NCBI GenBank assembly: GCA_040095065.1
Contig: JBBNGO010000019.1
Coordinates: forward strand, 9,517 to 41,516
Direction: 5' to 3'
Length of the DNA stretch: 32,000 nt
DNA from: Hominicoprocola fusiformis
GTDB lineage: Bacteria > Bacillota > Clostridia > Oscillospirales > Oscillospiraceae
In this document: positions 15,521-23,802 of the stretch, piece after piece
Layout of the letters: every line of letters begins with the position of its first letter
How positions within the stretch are numbered: position 1 is the stretch's first letter
Notes under the pieces: generated by a model
Seen by the model: only the letters and a program-made list of their open reading frames with translations
Databases searched by the model: none
Told to the model about the DNA's origin: nothing
Program-made: the position numbers and the translations under genes

Positions 15521-16203
15521 AGCTGGACAGCAGACACATCGATCTCGCCAGACATCAGTTTGGGCAGCAAATTATCTCTCAATGTCGCAAGCGATTGATT
15601 CTGCTCTTCCAAAATACGTTGCTGTGCAAAGATAGGAGCGCAAAAGTCGCTGAATTTGGCAAGAGTTTCAGCGTCAGGAATAACCGCCGGGACATTTTTC
15701 ATAGTGCTGCCAGATACTTCTTTGAATGTTGACCCGGATGCCATGCCTTCAATGACCGGGAGAGTGTTTTTCAAAAAGAAGTAAACAAATGGTGTTCCAA
15801 TTTCCGGCTTAGGCACAACCGATTTGAAACCTTGATTTGTTGTTACTTCACCAGCGGCGATAGCAATATAACCTATTGGCGCACGAGATGAGAACAACAC
15901 TGTTCCTTCTGGCATGATTGCTGCGCTGCTGTTCTTCAAACCAAGTTCAGTTATGTCATTCTCACCATGAGAAACGAACTTCGACTTGTTGATAGATAAA
16001 TCTTTCGGGGTTATCCATGCTATACCGGACTCCGTGTAATACTCAGGTTTAGCTTTTGAAGGTGTACTGCCTCCAACAACAGTACCAAGATCGCTAATTG
16101 TTCCGATAGCCCATTCTGGATCAGCATTATCAACAAATAATTCTTGAAAATAGGATTGAGCTTGCTGCTCTAAATTATCGTTTACCGTCTGAATAACTCT
16201 CAC
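15517..16203 (-). CDS. hsdS: Inverted hsdS half-cassette (TRD 'B2' plus C-terminal conserved region), apparently silent in this orientation
   Basis: Minus-strand translation is ...VNDNLEQQAQSYFQELFVDNADPEWAIGTISDLGTVVGGSTPSK...ITPKDL...LFSSRAPIGY...LATLRDNLLPKLMSGEIDVSAVQL*. It begins with the core repeat and lacks a TRD1. Only a GTG at 16203 could act as a start. The track extension to 16389 is antisense to the integrase 5' end. Confidence 0.8.
   Translation of the reverse strand: MRVIQTVNDNLEQQAQSYFQELFVDNADPEWAIGTISDLGTVVGGSTPSKAKPEYYTESGIAWITPKDLSINKSKFVSHGENDITELGLKNSSAAIMPEGTVLFSSRAPIGYIAIAAGEVTTNQGFKSVVPKPEIGTPFVYFFLKNTLPVIEGMASGSTFKEVSGSTMKNVPAVIPDAETLAKFSDFCAPIFAQQRILEEQNQSLATLRDNLLPKLMSGEIDVSAVQL
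16170..16184 (-). repeat. Shufflon core repeat copy b (inverted)
   Basis: CTAAATTATCGTTTA is the reverse complement of the core. The extended match to copy c is 25 nt with 1 mismatch (16160-16184 vs 17785-17809). Confidence 0.85.
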
Positions 16204-16273
16204 CAGTGGCGAGAGTTTTACAAAAGGGACTGCCACTGAATGTCGTTCTCTTACCTCGAAAGGAGACACGACA

Positions 16274-17257
16274 ATGACAGAACAACTCATCACGGAGATA
16301 CAGCGAAAAATGCTGCCGTATCTTAACAACGAACAACTCATGCACCTTCGGGATGCAATGGCTGAGACATTGGAAGGGGCAACGATCACCTATGATAGTG
16401 GCTCAATTCCAGCAGACGAAGCAGATGCAGTCGAAGCATTTATCACGGCAAAGCGGATCGAAGGCTGTTCGGAGAAAACCCTGAGCTACTACCGGAAGAC
16501 GATTGAGGCTCTAATTGCCGGAGTTGGAAAGGCTGTGCGACAGATCACCACAGATGATTTGCGCCGCTATCTGACAAACTATCAAGTTCAGCGCAGGTCG
16601 AGCAAAGTGACCATAGACAACATCCGCCGGATACTGTCCAGCTTCTTCTCATGGCTTGAAGATGAGGATTTCATTGTGAAAAGCCCGGTACGCCGTATTC
16701 ACAAAGTTAAGACTGCAAAGGTGGTCAAGGACACCTACACCGATGAAGTGTTAGAGCTGATGCGTGACAACTGCACAACAGCACGAGACTTGGCGATGAT
16801 TGATCTTCTGGCTTCCTCTGGAATGCGTGTTGGTGAGCTGGTCACACTAAACCGCGAAGACATCAACTTCAATGAGCGCGAATGCGTTGTTATCGGCAAG
16901 GGTAATAAAGAACGATTGGTCTATTTCGACGCAAGGACGAAAATCCACCTTCAAAACTACCTTGAGGGGCGAACGGATGAAAACCCAGCTTTGTTTGTTT
17001 CCCTGAAAGCTCCCTTTGACCGATTGATGATTGGCGGAGTGGAGACACGCCTTCGGGAGCTGGGAAAGCGTCTGAATATCCCGAAGGTTCACCCTCACAA
17101 GTTCAGGCGTACACTGGCTACAACTGCCATAGACAAAGGAATGCCCATAGAGCAAGTCCAGCAGCTCTTAGGGCATCAGAAAATCGACACCACCATGCAC
17201 TATGCAATGGTGAAGCAGCAGAATGTGAAGCTGGCACATAGAAAATACATCGGTTAG
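16274..17257 (+). CDS. Tyrosine site-specific recombinase (XerC/XerD-like) of the hsdS shufflon
   Basis: The catalytic set is readable: SSGMRVGEL (Arg), HPHKFRRTLAT (H-x-x-R) and LLGHQKIDTTMHYA (His...Tyr). There is an N-terminal SAM-like core-binding domain. AAGGAG RBS. The gene sits between hsdS cassettes. Confidence 0.92.
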   Translation: MTEQLITEIQRKMLPYLNNEQLMHLRDAMAETLEGATITYDSGSIPADEADAVEAFITAKRIEGCSEKTLSYYRKTIEALIAGVGKAVRQITTDDLRRYLTNYQVQRRSSKVTIDNIRRILSSFFSWLEDEDFIVKSPVRRIHKVKTAKVVKDTYTDEVLELMRDNCTTARDLAMIDLLASSGMRVGELVTLNREDINFNERECVVIGKGNKERLVYFDARTKIHLQNYLEGRTDENPALFVSLKAPFDRLMIGGVETRLRELGKRLNIPKVHPHKFRRTLATTAIDKGMPIEQVQQLLGHQKIDTTMHYAMVKQQNVKLAHRKYIG

Positions 17258-17258
17258 G

Positions 17259-18425
17259 ATGGTGGGTAGTATGAATGGAACAATATATATGCCCGTTGGT
17301 GAAGTTTGTTCGTCTATTTCGGACACTTATCGCGAAAAAAAGAATATGGTGACGCTTATCAATACCTCGGACGTTTTAGAGGGTAGAGTTCTCAACCACG
17401 AACGAGTTCCAAACTCCAATTTGAAAGGGCAGTTCAAGAAGACTTTTCAGCGAGACGATATTTTATATAGCGAGATCCGTCCACAGAACAGGCGGTTTGC
17501 CTATGTGGATTTTTCGCCCATAGACTATATCGCTTCAACTAAACTGATGGTAATTCGTGCAAAAAAGGATGTGGTATCTCCTAAGTACCTATACTATTTC
17601 TTGAAGAATAGTTCCACAGTTGCAGAACTTCAACTGTTAGCTGAAACGCGATCTGGCACATTCCCTCAGATTACATTTTCCGAAGTTGCCAATTTGACCA
17701 TACCCGTTCCTTCGCTTGCTGTACAAGAAGTTATCGTACAAACGATGCAATGCCTCGAAGATAAGATCACCTGCAACGAGCAGATAAACGATAATTTACA
17801 GCAGCAAGCAGCCGCATTGTTTTCAAGCCTCTATGATCGGTCAAACACCGAGGTTAGATTCACCGATTTGATACAGATACTCGGCGGTGGGACACCGAAA
17901 ACAGGCGAAAACACTTATTGGAACGGTAATATTGCCTTCTTTACCCCAAAAGATGTTGGCATACCATACACCCTTATCACAGAAAAGACTATCTCAAAAG
18001 AAGGCCTTTCACATTGTAACAGCCGACTGTATCCTGTGAACACCGTTTTCGTCACTGCAAGAGGCACTGTTGGTAAAGTTGGTATGTCCGGAGTTCCGAT
18101 GGCCATGAACCAATCCTGCTACGCGCTTGTCGGTAAAGAGACGCATCAACTTCTTGTATATTTCTACACACTCAAAGCTGTTGATAGGCTCAAGCACAAA
18201 GCAAGTGGAGCCGTATTTGATGCGATTACCACCAGAGATTTTGAATCAGAGCAAATCATGAAACTCTCTGATGATGATGCTACGGCGTTTCTCCGTGTTG
18301 CAGAACCCATGTTTCAGGAGGTACTTAACAACAACATCGAAAACTTGCGACTTTCAACACTACGGGATTCATTGCTACCTAAGCTCATGTCCGGCGAGAT
18401 TGATGTCTCCGCCGTCCAACTCTAA
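17259..18425 (+). CDS. hsdS: Type I R-M specificity subunit, full length (TRD 'C1' - NDNL core - TRD 'C2')
   Basis: TRD1 is followed by ...CNEQINDNLQQQAAALFSSLY. TRD2 is (GGGTPKTGENTYWNGNIAFFTPKDV...VTARGTVGKV), followed by ...LSTLRDSLLPKLMSGEIDVSAVQL*. The gene starts 1 nt after the recombinase stop. ATG 17271 is an alternative start. Confidence 0.9.
   Translation: MVGSMNGTIYMPVGEVCSSISDTYREKKNMVTLINTSDVLEGRVLNHERVPNSNLKGQFKKTFQRDDILYSEIRPQNRRFAYVDFSPIDYIASTKLMVIRAKKDVVSPKYLYYFLKNSSTVAELQLLAETRSGTFPQITFSEVANLTIPVPSLAVQEVIVQTMQCLEDKITCNEQINDNLQQQAAALFSSLYDRSNTEVRFTDLIQILGGGTPKTGENTYWNGNIAFFTPKDVGIPYTLITEKTISKEGLSHCNSRLYPVNTVFVTARGTVGKVGMSGVPMAMNQSCYALVGKETHQLLVYFYTLKAVDRLKHKASGAVFDAITTRDFESEQIMKLSDDDATAFLRVAEPMFQEVLNNNIENLRLSTLRDSLLPKLMSGEIDVSAVQL
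17785..17798 (+). repeat. Shufflon core repeat copy c (TAAACGATAATTTA, 14/15)
   Basis: Located in the central conserved region of full-length hsdS. Followed by C, then AGCAGCAAGC, which matches the flank of copy b. Confidence 0.85.
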
Positions 18426-18429
18426 GCCG

Positions 18430-18444
18430 CTAAATTATCGTTTA
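18430..18444 (-). repeat. Shufflon core repeat copy d (inverted, 4 nt after hsdS stop)
   Basis: CTAAATTATCGTTTA. With its flank it shares 17 nt with copy b (CTAAATTATCGTTTACC). Read on the reverse complement, it mirrors the copy a context: TAAACGATAATTTAGC[G/A]GCTTAGAG. Confidence 0.85.
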
Positions 18445-18464
18445 CCTGATTTGGAGGTTGTACC

Positions 18465-18824
18465 ATGTTTGATAAAGTTCAGGAGAGCTTGAAAAAAAGC
18501 AAAGACGAGCGCCAGAAAAAGCGTCTTGAAAAGGAACGGGTTCGTCTTGAGAAAGCCGCAGCAGAAGCAGTTCGTGAGAAAGAGCGGCTTCAACAGGAGG
18601 CGGAAAAGATACAGGCTGAAAAAGACCGTCTTCTCTCCCTCGATGATAAGGGGCTGATGGTAGAATTGATTCTGGCAGTGCGAGGTCTATACTCACAAAT
18701 GGAGTACATTCAAAGTCAGCAGGCTTCTTTATCCGAGCGGGTTGACGATATTGAGTCGGACATCTCTTCCATCCGCAGCGATATTTCAGATTTGGAAAGC
18801 AGACTGGGCTCGTCCGATCAGTAA
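18465..18824 (+). CDS. Hypothetical 119-aa coiled-coil protein
   Basis: GGAGG RBS. The protein is heptad-rich and charged (KKRLEKERVRLEKAAAEAVREKERLQQEAEKIQAEKDRL ... DDIESDISSIRSDISDLESRL). No enzymatic motif. Confidence 0.7.
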   Translation: MFDKVQESLKKSKDERQKKRLEKERVRLEKAAAEAVREKERLQQEAEKIQAEKDRLLSLDDKGLMVELILAVRGLYSQMEYIQSQQASLSERVDDIESDISSIRSDISDLESRLGSSDQ

Positions 18825-18847
18825 AACTCAATGAAGGAGGCGCAGAC

Positions 18848-20671
18848 GTGATTATTTCACCACAATCTCTTGATACAAACCTAAGTCAGCTTTTAGCGGA
18901 GGTTAAGTCCGGCTCAATGCAGTTGCCGGAGTTTCAGCGCGACTGGACTTGGGATGATAACCGAATTAGAGGAATTATCGCCAGTTTGTCGCAAGGCTAC
19001 CCTATGGGTGCCATTATGCGGCTACAATACGGTAATCCGGACATTCAATTCAAATACCGCACAATTACGGGCGTAAAAGGCGTCTCAGTAAAGCCGGAGC
19101 ATTTGATTCTTGATGGACAGCAGCGACTTACTTCCATCTATCAGGCAACATCCTCTAAAGAGCCGGTCTCGACCAAAACAGAAAAAGGCAAGGCTATTAA
19201 GCGTTATTACTATCTCTCAATGGAGAAGTGCCTTGACGATGATGAGGATCGTTTTGATGCAGTCTTGTCTATTCCGGAAGACCGCAAGATCAAAGAAAAC
19301 TTTGACCGTGATGTGAAGCTCGACCTCTCAACCAGAGAATATGAATACGAGAATAAGCTGTTCCCGGTCAATATTGTGTTCGATAGCAACGCCGTTATGG
19401 ACTGGTTCATGGGCTACATGACGCACTATGGAATGAAGCCGGAGGCAATGGACGAGTTCAAGCGTTTTCAGGCAGATGTGCTGAATACAATTTCCGGGTA
19501 TAAGCTGCCTGTGATTACGCTGGACAAGTCCACGCCGCGAGAGGCAGTGTGCAAGGTGTTTGAGAACGTCAATACCGGTGGTGTTCCTCTCACGGTGTTT
19601 GAGCTTGTTACCGCAACTTATGCCACAAGAGACTTTGACCTGAGAAAAGACTGGGTGCAGTGTCGAAATACAATTTGCGGTTTCGGTGACACGCTGAGAA
19701 CAGACCTGTTCGATGGGATTGATGAGACTACCTTCCTGACAACGGTTTGTCTCTATACAAGCTATTTGAACAAGCAGTCTGGAAAGACAAACACAATCTC
19801 CTGCAAAAAGAAAGATGTTCTGGGACTTCCTTATGAATCGTACATAGCGAACCGGGATGCAGTGCTGTCTGGGTTCAAAATCGCAAAGGAGTTTCTTCTT
19901 CGGGATCAGTGCGTTTTCCGTCAAAGAGATTTGCCCTATACAACGCAGTTGATTCCACTTGCGGCAATCTGCGCTGTTCTCGGAAAATCCAAATGCAATG
20001 AGCCAAACACAATCAAAACTCTTTCTCGGTGGTATTGGTGCGGGATTTTGGGTGAGATGTATGGCGGTGCGAACGAAACCCGCTATGCCTATGACATTGA
20101 GGACATGGTTGAAGAGGTCAATGGACGTCCGAATGCAATGCACACGATTAACAGCGCAGTCTTTTCTTCTACGCGGCTACTAACCCTTCAAACTCGCTTG
20201 AGCGCGGCATATAAAGGTATAATGGCTCTTCTTTACAAGGAGAAGTGTCGTGACTTTATGAACAACACGACGATTGACATTGTAAACAGTATGCTTGAGT
20301 CTCCGGATATTCACCATATATTCCCCGAAGCATATTGCGAGAAAATGGGCATCAAGCGCGAACGGTATAATTCCATCATTAACAAGACCCCGATTCTTCC
20401 AGCCACCAACCGCTCGATTGGCGGAAATGCGCCGAGTGAGTATCTGGGGGCAATTCTAAAGAAGGTTGATGGACTGACCGAGAATGAGTTGCAAGCACGG
20501 GTGGAATCGCACTTTATCAACTTTGCAGAATTGAAGGCAGATGACTTCAATGGCTATTTCATCGACAGAGCAAAAAGCCTTCTAAACCTAATTGAAAAAG
20601 CGATGAATAAGCCCGTCACTGACAGAGATGCAGAAAACACGTTGGATCAGTTCGGGGCGAGTCTGGCGTAA
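18848..20671 (+). CDS. DUF262 (ParB-like NTPase/nuclease) plus C-terminal DUF1524-like His-Me finger protein, GmrSD-like
   Basis: LPEFQRDWTWDDNRIRGIIASLSQGYPMG and ILDGQQRLTSIYQ are DUF262 DGQQR signatures. The C-terminus has DIHHIFPEAYC...NKTPILPATNRSIGGNAPSEY (HNH-like). GTG start lies 7 nt after AAGGAGG. Confidence 0.88.
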   Translation: MIISPQSLDTNLSQLLAEVKSGSMQLPEFQRDWTWDDNRIRGIIASLSQGYPMGAIMRLQYGNPDIQFKYRTITGVKGVSVKPEHLILDGQQRLTSIYQATSSKEPVSTKTEKGKAIKRYYYLSMEKCLDDDEDRFDAVLSIPEDRKIKENFDRDVKLDLSTREYEYENKLFPVNIVFDSNAVMDWFMGYMTHYGMKPEAMDEFKRFQADVLNTISGYKLPVITLDKSTPREAVCKVFENVNTGGVPLTVFELVTATYATRDFDLRKDWVQCRNTICGFGDTLRTDLFDGIDETTFLTTVCLYTSYLNKQSGKTNTISCKKKDVLGLPYESYIANRDAVLSGFKIAKEFLLRDQCVFRQRDLPYTTQLIPLAAICAVLGKSKCNEPNTIKTLSRWYWCGILGEMYGGANETRYAYDIEDMVEEVNGRPNAMHTINSAVFSSTRLLTLQTRLSAAYKGIMALLYKEKCRDFMNNTTIDIVNSMLESPDIHHIFPEAYCEKMGIKRERYNSIINKTPILPATNRSIGGNAPSEYLGAILKKVDGLTENELQARVESHFINFAELKADDFNGYFIDRAKSLLNLIEKAMNKPVTDRDAENTLDQFGASLA

Positions 20672-20687
20672 AAGGGAGTGACAAACT

Positions 20688-23600
20688 ATGGCAGGATATT
20701 TTACAGAATCAAATTACGAGAACGCTGTCTTGCAGCTTCTCAATGAAGAACTGGGCTATAACTATATCTATGGACCGGACGTGGAGCGCGATTATCACTC
20801 GCCGCTTTATGAGGATGTTCTGCTGCCTTCCTTGCAGCGGATCAACAAGAGCCTGCCTATGGACGCTCTGACGGAGGCAATCTATAAGCTCAAGAACTTT
20901 GAAACTGGAACGCTCTTGCAGAAGAACATGGTCTTTATGGACTACCTCCAAAACGGAGTCCCGGTAAAATACTATGACAAGGGTGAAGAACGCTCTACCC
21001 TTGTTTACCTTGTAGACTTCAAAAATCCTGCCAGTAACGAGTTCACAGTTGCGAATCAATGGACTTTCATTGAGAACTCCGAAAAAAGACCAGATGTGAT
21101 TCTCTTTGTCAATGGTCTCCCGCTCGTCATTGTGGAGTTGAAGTCTCCGTCCCGCGAAGAAACCGACGCTTCCGCAGCATACCGCCAGCTCCGGAACTAT
21201 ATGTATGAGATCCCCTCTATGTTCATTTATAATGCGGTATGTGTCATGAGCGACTTGACCACTTCAAAGGCTGGTACAATCACGTCCGGCGAAGACCGCT
21301 TTATGGAGTGGAAAACAACAGACGGCAGCTATGAGAATACGCAACACGCATCATTTGACACATTCTTTGTAGGACTGTTTGAGAAGACCCGCTTCCTTGA
21401 CATCGTGAAAAACTTCATCTGCTTTAATGTGGATGGACAGAATACATTCAAGATACTCGCTGGGTATCATCAGTATTTTGCAGTCAAAAAGGCGATTGAG
21501 TCTACGAAGCACGCGACTGTGACAGACGGCAAGGGCGGCGTCTTCTGGCATACACAGGGCAGCGGAAAATCGTTGTCTATGGTCTTCTATGCTCATTATC
21601 TGCAAGAAGCGTTAGAAAGCCCCACTATCGTTGTCATTACCGACCGTAACGATCTGGACGACCAGCTTTACGGACAATTCGCCCGCTGCAAGGACTTCCT
21701 CCGGCAAACGCCGCAGCACGCTGAGAGCCGCAAGAATCTGAAAGAACTGCTTGCAAACAGACAGGCAAACGGCATAATCTTCACGACCATGCAGAAGTTT
21801 GAAGAAAGCAACGAAGCTCTTTCGGAACGCCGGAACATTATCGTGATGGCTGATGAAGCGCATCGTGGGCAATATGGTCTCAATGAGAAGGTTGTGGTCA
21901 AGCAAAAGGACAACGGCGAAGTCGAGGCGAAAACCGTTATCGGCACTGCCCGCATTATAAGAGACACGCTTCCTAATGCGACCTACATTGGATTCACCGG
22001 AACACCGATCTCCACAAAAGATCGCAGCACACGAGAAGTCTTCGGTGATTACATCGACATCTATGATATGACACAGGCAGTTGAAGACGGAGCTACAAGA
22101 CCCGTCTATTACGAGAGCCGTGTGATTCACCTGAAACTCGACGAGAACACCCTCCATCTGATCGATAATGAGTATGATATTATGGCTGACAACGCCGATC
22201 CGTATGTCATTGAAAAGAGCAAAAAGGAACTTGGTCAGATGGAAGCAATCCTCGGTGCCGACCAGACGATCAATTCCTTGGTAAATGACATTCTTGATCA
22301 TTACGAGAATTACCGTGAGAATATCCTGACCGGCAAGGCGATGATCGTTGCTTATTCGCGTCCCATAGCAATGAAGATTTATAAGCGCATTCTTGAGCTA
22401 CGCCCAGCGTGGACGGAAAAGATTGCAGTGGTCATGACGCAAGGCAATAACGATCCCGAAGAATGGCGTGAGATTATCGGCAACAAAGCTCATAAGGACG
22501 ATATGGCGCGGAAATTCAAAGACAACAACTCTCCGCTGAAAATCGCCATCGTCGTGGATATGTGGCTGACCGGCTTTGATGTTCCCTCCCTTGCTACGAT
22601 GTATGTCTATAAGCCGATGGCTGGACACAACCTGATGCAAGCTATCGCCCGCGTCAATCGTGTCTTCAAAGATAAAGAAGGCGGTTTGGTTGTCGATTAC
22701 GTTGGTATTGCGGCTGCACTGAAACAGGCAATGAACGACTATACTGCCAGAGACAAGAAGAACTATGGTGATACAGATGTAAGCAAGGCTGCATATCCGA
22801 AGTTCCTTGAAAAGCTCTCTATTTGCAGAGATTTGTTCCACGGATTCAGTTATGAGAAATTCATGACCGGAAGCGACCTTGACAGGGCGAAGCTCATCAG
22901 CGGCGGAGTGAACTTCATACTCGGCAAGAGTGTTGCAGAGTACGAGCTTCCCGACCACGAGAAGACACAGAATGTGTTTATCAAAGAAGCCCTGCTTCTC
23001 AAGCAGGCACTTTCGCTGTGCAGCAGCTTGGTAGACGAGCAAACTCGCATGGAGGCAGCTTTCTTCGAGTCCGTAAGAACAATGACCGTGCGCTTGGTTT
23101 CAGGCGGTACCGGAAAGAAGTTTACGCTTCCGGAAGTAAATGAGCGCATTAACGAGCTTTTGAAGCACAGTATCAAAAGCGAAGGCGTTATCAACCTTTT
23201 CTCTGATGTCCAGACTGAGTTTTCGTTGTTCGATCCGAAGTTCCTTGAAGAAGTGGCAAACATGAAGGAGAAGAATCTTGCAGTCGAACTCCTGAAAAAA
23301 CTGATTTCCGAACAGGTCTCTGTTTACCGCCGAACAAATATCGTCAAGTCTGAGAAGTTCTCCGAAATCATTCAGAGCGCAATGAACCGCTATTTGAACG
23401 GAATGCTGACCAACGAGGAAGTCATTCAAGAATTACTCAAGCTGGCGAAAGACATTGCCGCTGCTGCCGCCGAGGGTGAAAAACTCGGATTGACAACGGA
23501 CGAACTTGCTTTCTATGATGCTCTGACGAAGCCGCAAGCAATCAAGGACTTTTACGAGCATGATGAGCTTATTGCTATCACGAAAGAACTGACAGATTTG

Positions 23601-23777
23601 CTTCGCAAAAACCAGACAATAGACTGGCAAAAGAAAGAGAGCGCAAGAGCAGGAATGCGCCGTCTTGTCAAAAGGCTGCTGAAAAAACACAAATATCCGC
23701 CTGAGGGTATGGATGATGCTGTCCAGACTGTCATGAGCCAGTGTGAGATGTGGACAGACAATGTAATGACCGCTTAA
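20688..23777 (+). CDS. hsdR: Type I restriction enzyme, R (endonuclease/translocase) subunit
   Basis: The N-terminal PD-(D/E)xK region is RPDVILFVNGLPLVIVELKS. Walker A is HTQGSGKSLSM and the DEAH box is MADEAHRGQ. Also present are FTGTPI, and LTGFDVPSL...QAIARVNR. Length is 1029 aa. Confidence 0.95.
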   Translation: MAGYFTESNYENAVLQLLNEELGYNYIYGPDVERDYHSPLYEDVLLPSLQRINKSLPMDALTEAIYKLKNFETGTLLQKNMVFMDYLQNGVPVKYYDKGEERSTLVYLVDFKNPASNEFTVANQWTFIENSEKRPDVILFVNGLPLVIVELKSPSREETDASAAYRQLRNYMYEIPSMFIYNAVCVMSDLTTSKAGTITSGEDRFMEWKTTDGSYENTQHASFDTFFVGLFEKTRFLDIVKNFICFNVDGQNTFKILAGYHQYFAVKKAIESTKHATVTDGKGGVFWHTQGSGKSLSMVFYAHYLQEALESPTIVVITDRNDLDDQLYGQFARCKDFLRQTPQHAESRKNLKELLANRQANGIIFTTMQKFEESNEALSERRNIIVMADEAHRGQYGLNEKVVVKQKDNGEVEAKTVIGTARIIRDTLPNATYIGFTGTPISTKDRSTREVFGDYIDIYDMTQAVEDGATRPVYYESRVIHLKLDENTLHLIDNEYDIMADNADPYVIEKSKKELGQMEAILGADQTINSLVNDILDHYENYRENILTGKAMIVAYSRPIAMKIYKRILELRPAWTEKIAVVMTQGNNDPEEWREIIGNKAHKDDMARKFKDNNSPLKIAIVVDMWLTGFDVPSLATMYVYKPMAGHNLMQAIARVNRVFKDKEGGLVVDYVGIAAALKQAMNDYTARDKKNYGDTDVSKAAYPKFLEKLSICRDLFHGFSYEKFMTGSDLDRAKLISGGVNFILGKSVAEYELPDHEKTQNVFIKEALLLKQALSLCSSLVDEQTRMEAAFFESVRTMTVRLVSGGTGKKFTLPEVNERINELLKHSIKSEGVINLFSDVQTEFSLFDPKFLEEVANMKEKNLAVELLKKLISEQVSVYRRTNIVKSEKFSEIIQSAMNRYLNGMLTNEEVIQELLKLAKDIAAAAAEGEKLGLTTDELAFYDALTKPQAIKDFYEHDELIAITKELTDLLRKNQTIDWQKKESARAGMRRLVKRLLKKHKYPPEGMDDAVQTVMSQCEMWTDNVMTA

Positions 23778-23802
23778 CTCCCCTACGAGAAAGGAGTAGA
23801 TC

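Noticed and set aside
16204-16389. N-terminal extension of the inverted hsdS ORF (track start 16389)
   Set aside because: This part is antisense to the recombinase RBS and 5' coding region and has no HsdS-like sequence. HsdS similarity starts exactly at core repeat b.
15498-17798. Direct-orientation core repeats a and c as a programmed deletion site
   Set aside because: Recombination between them would delete the recombinase and one TRD, which is a dead end. It is noted only as a possible source of degenerate loci, not as a feature.
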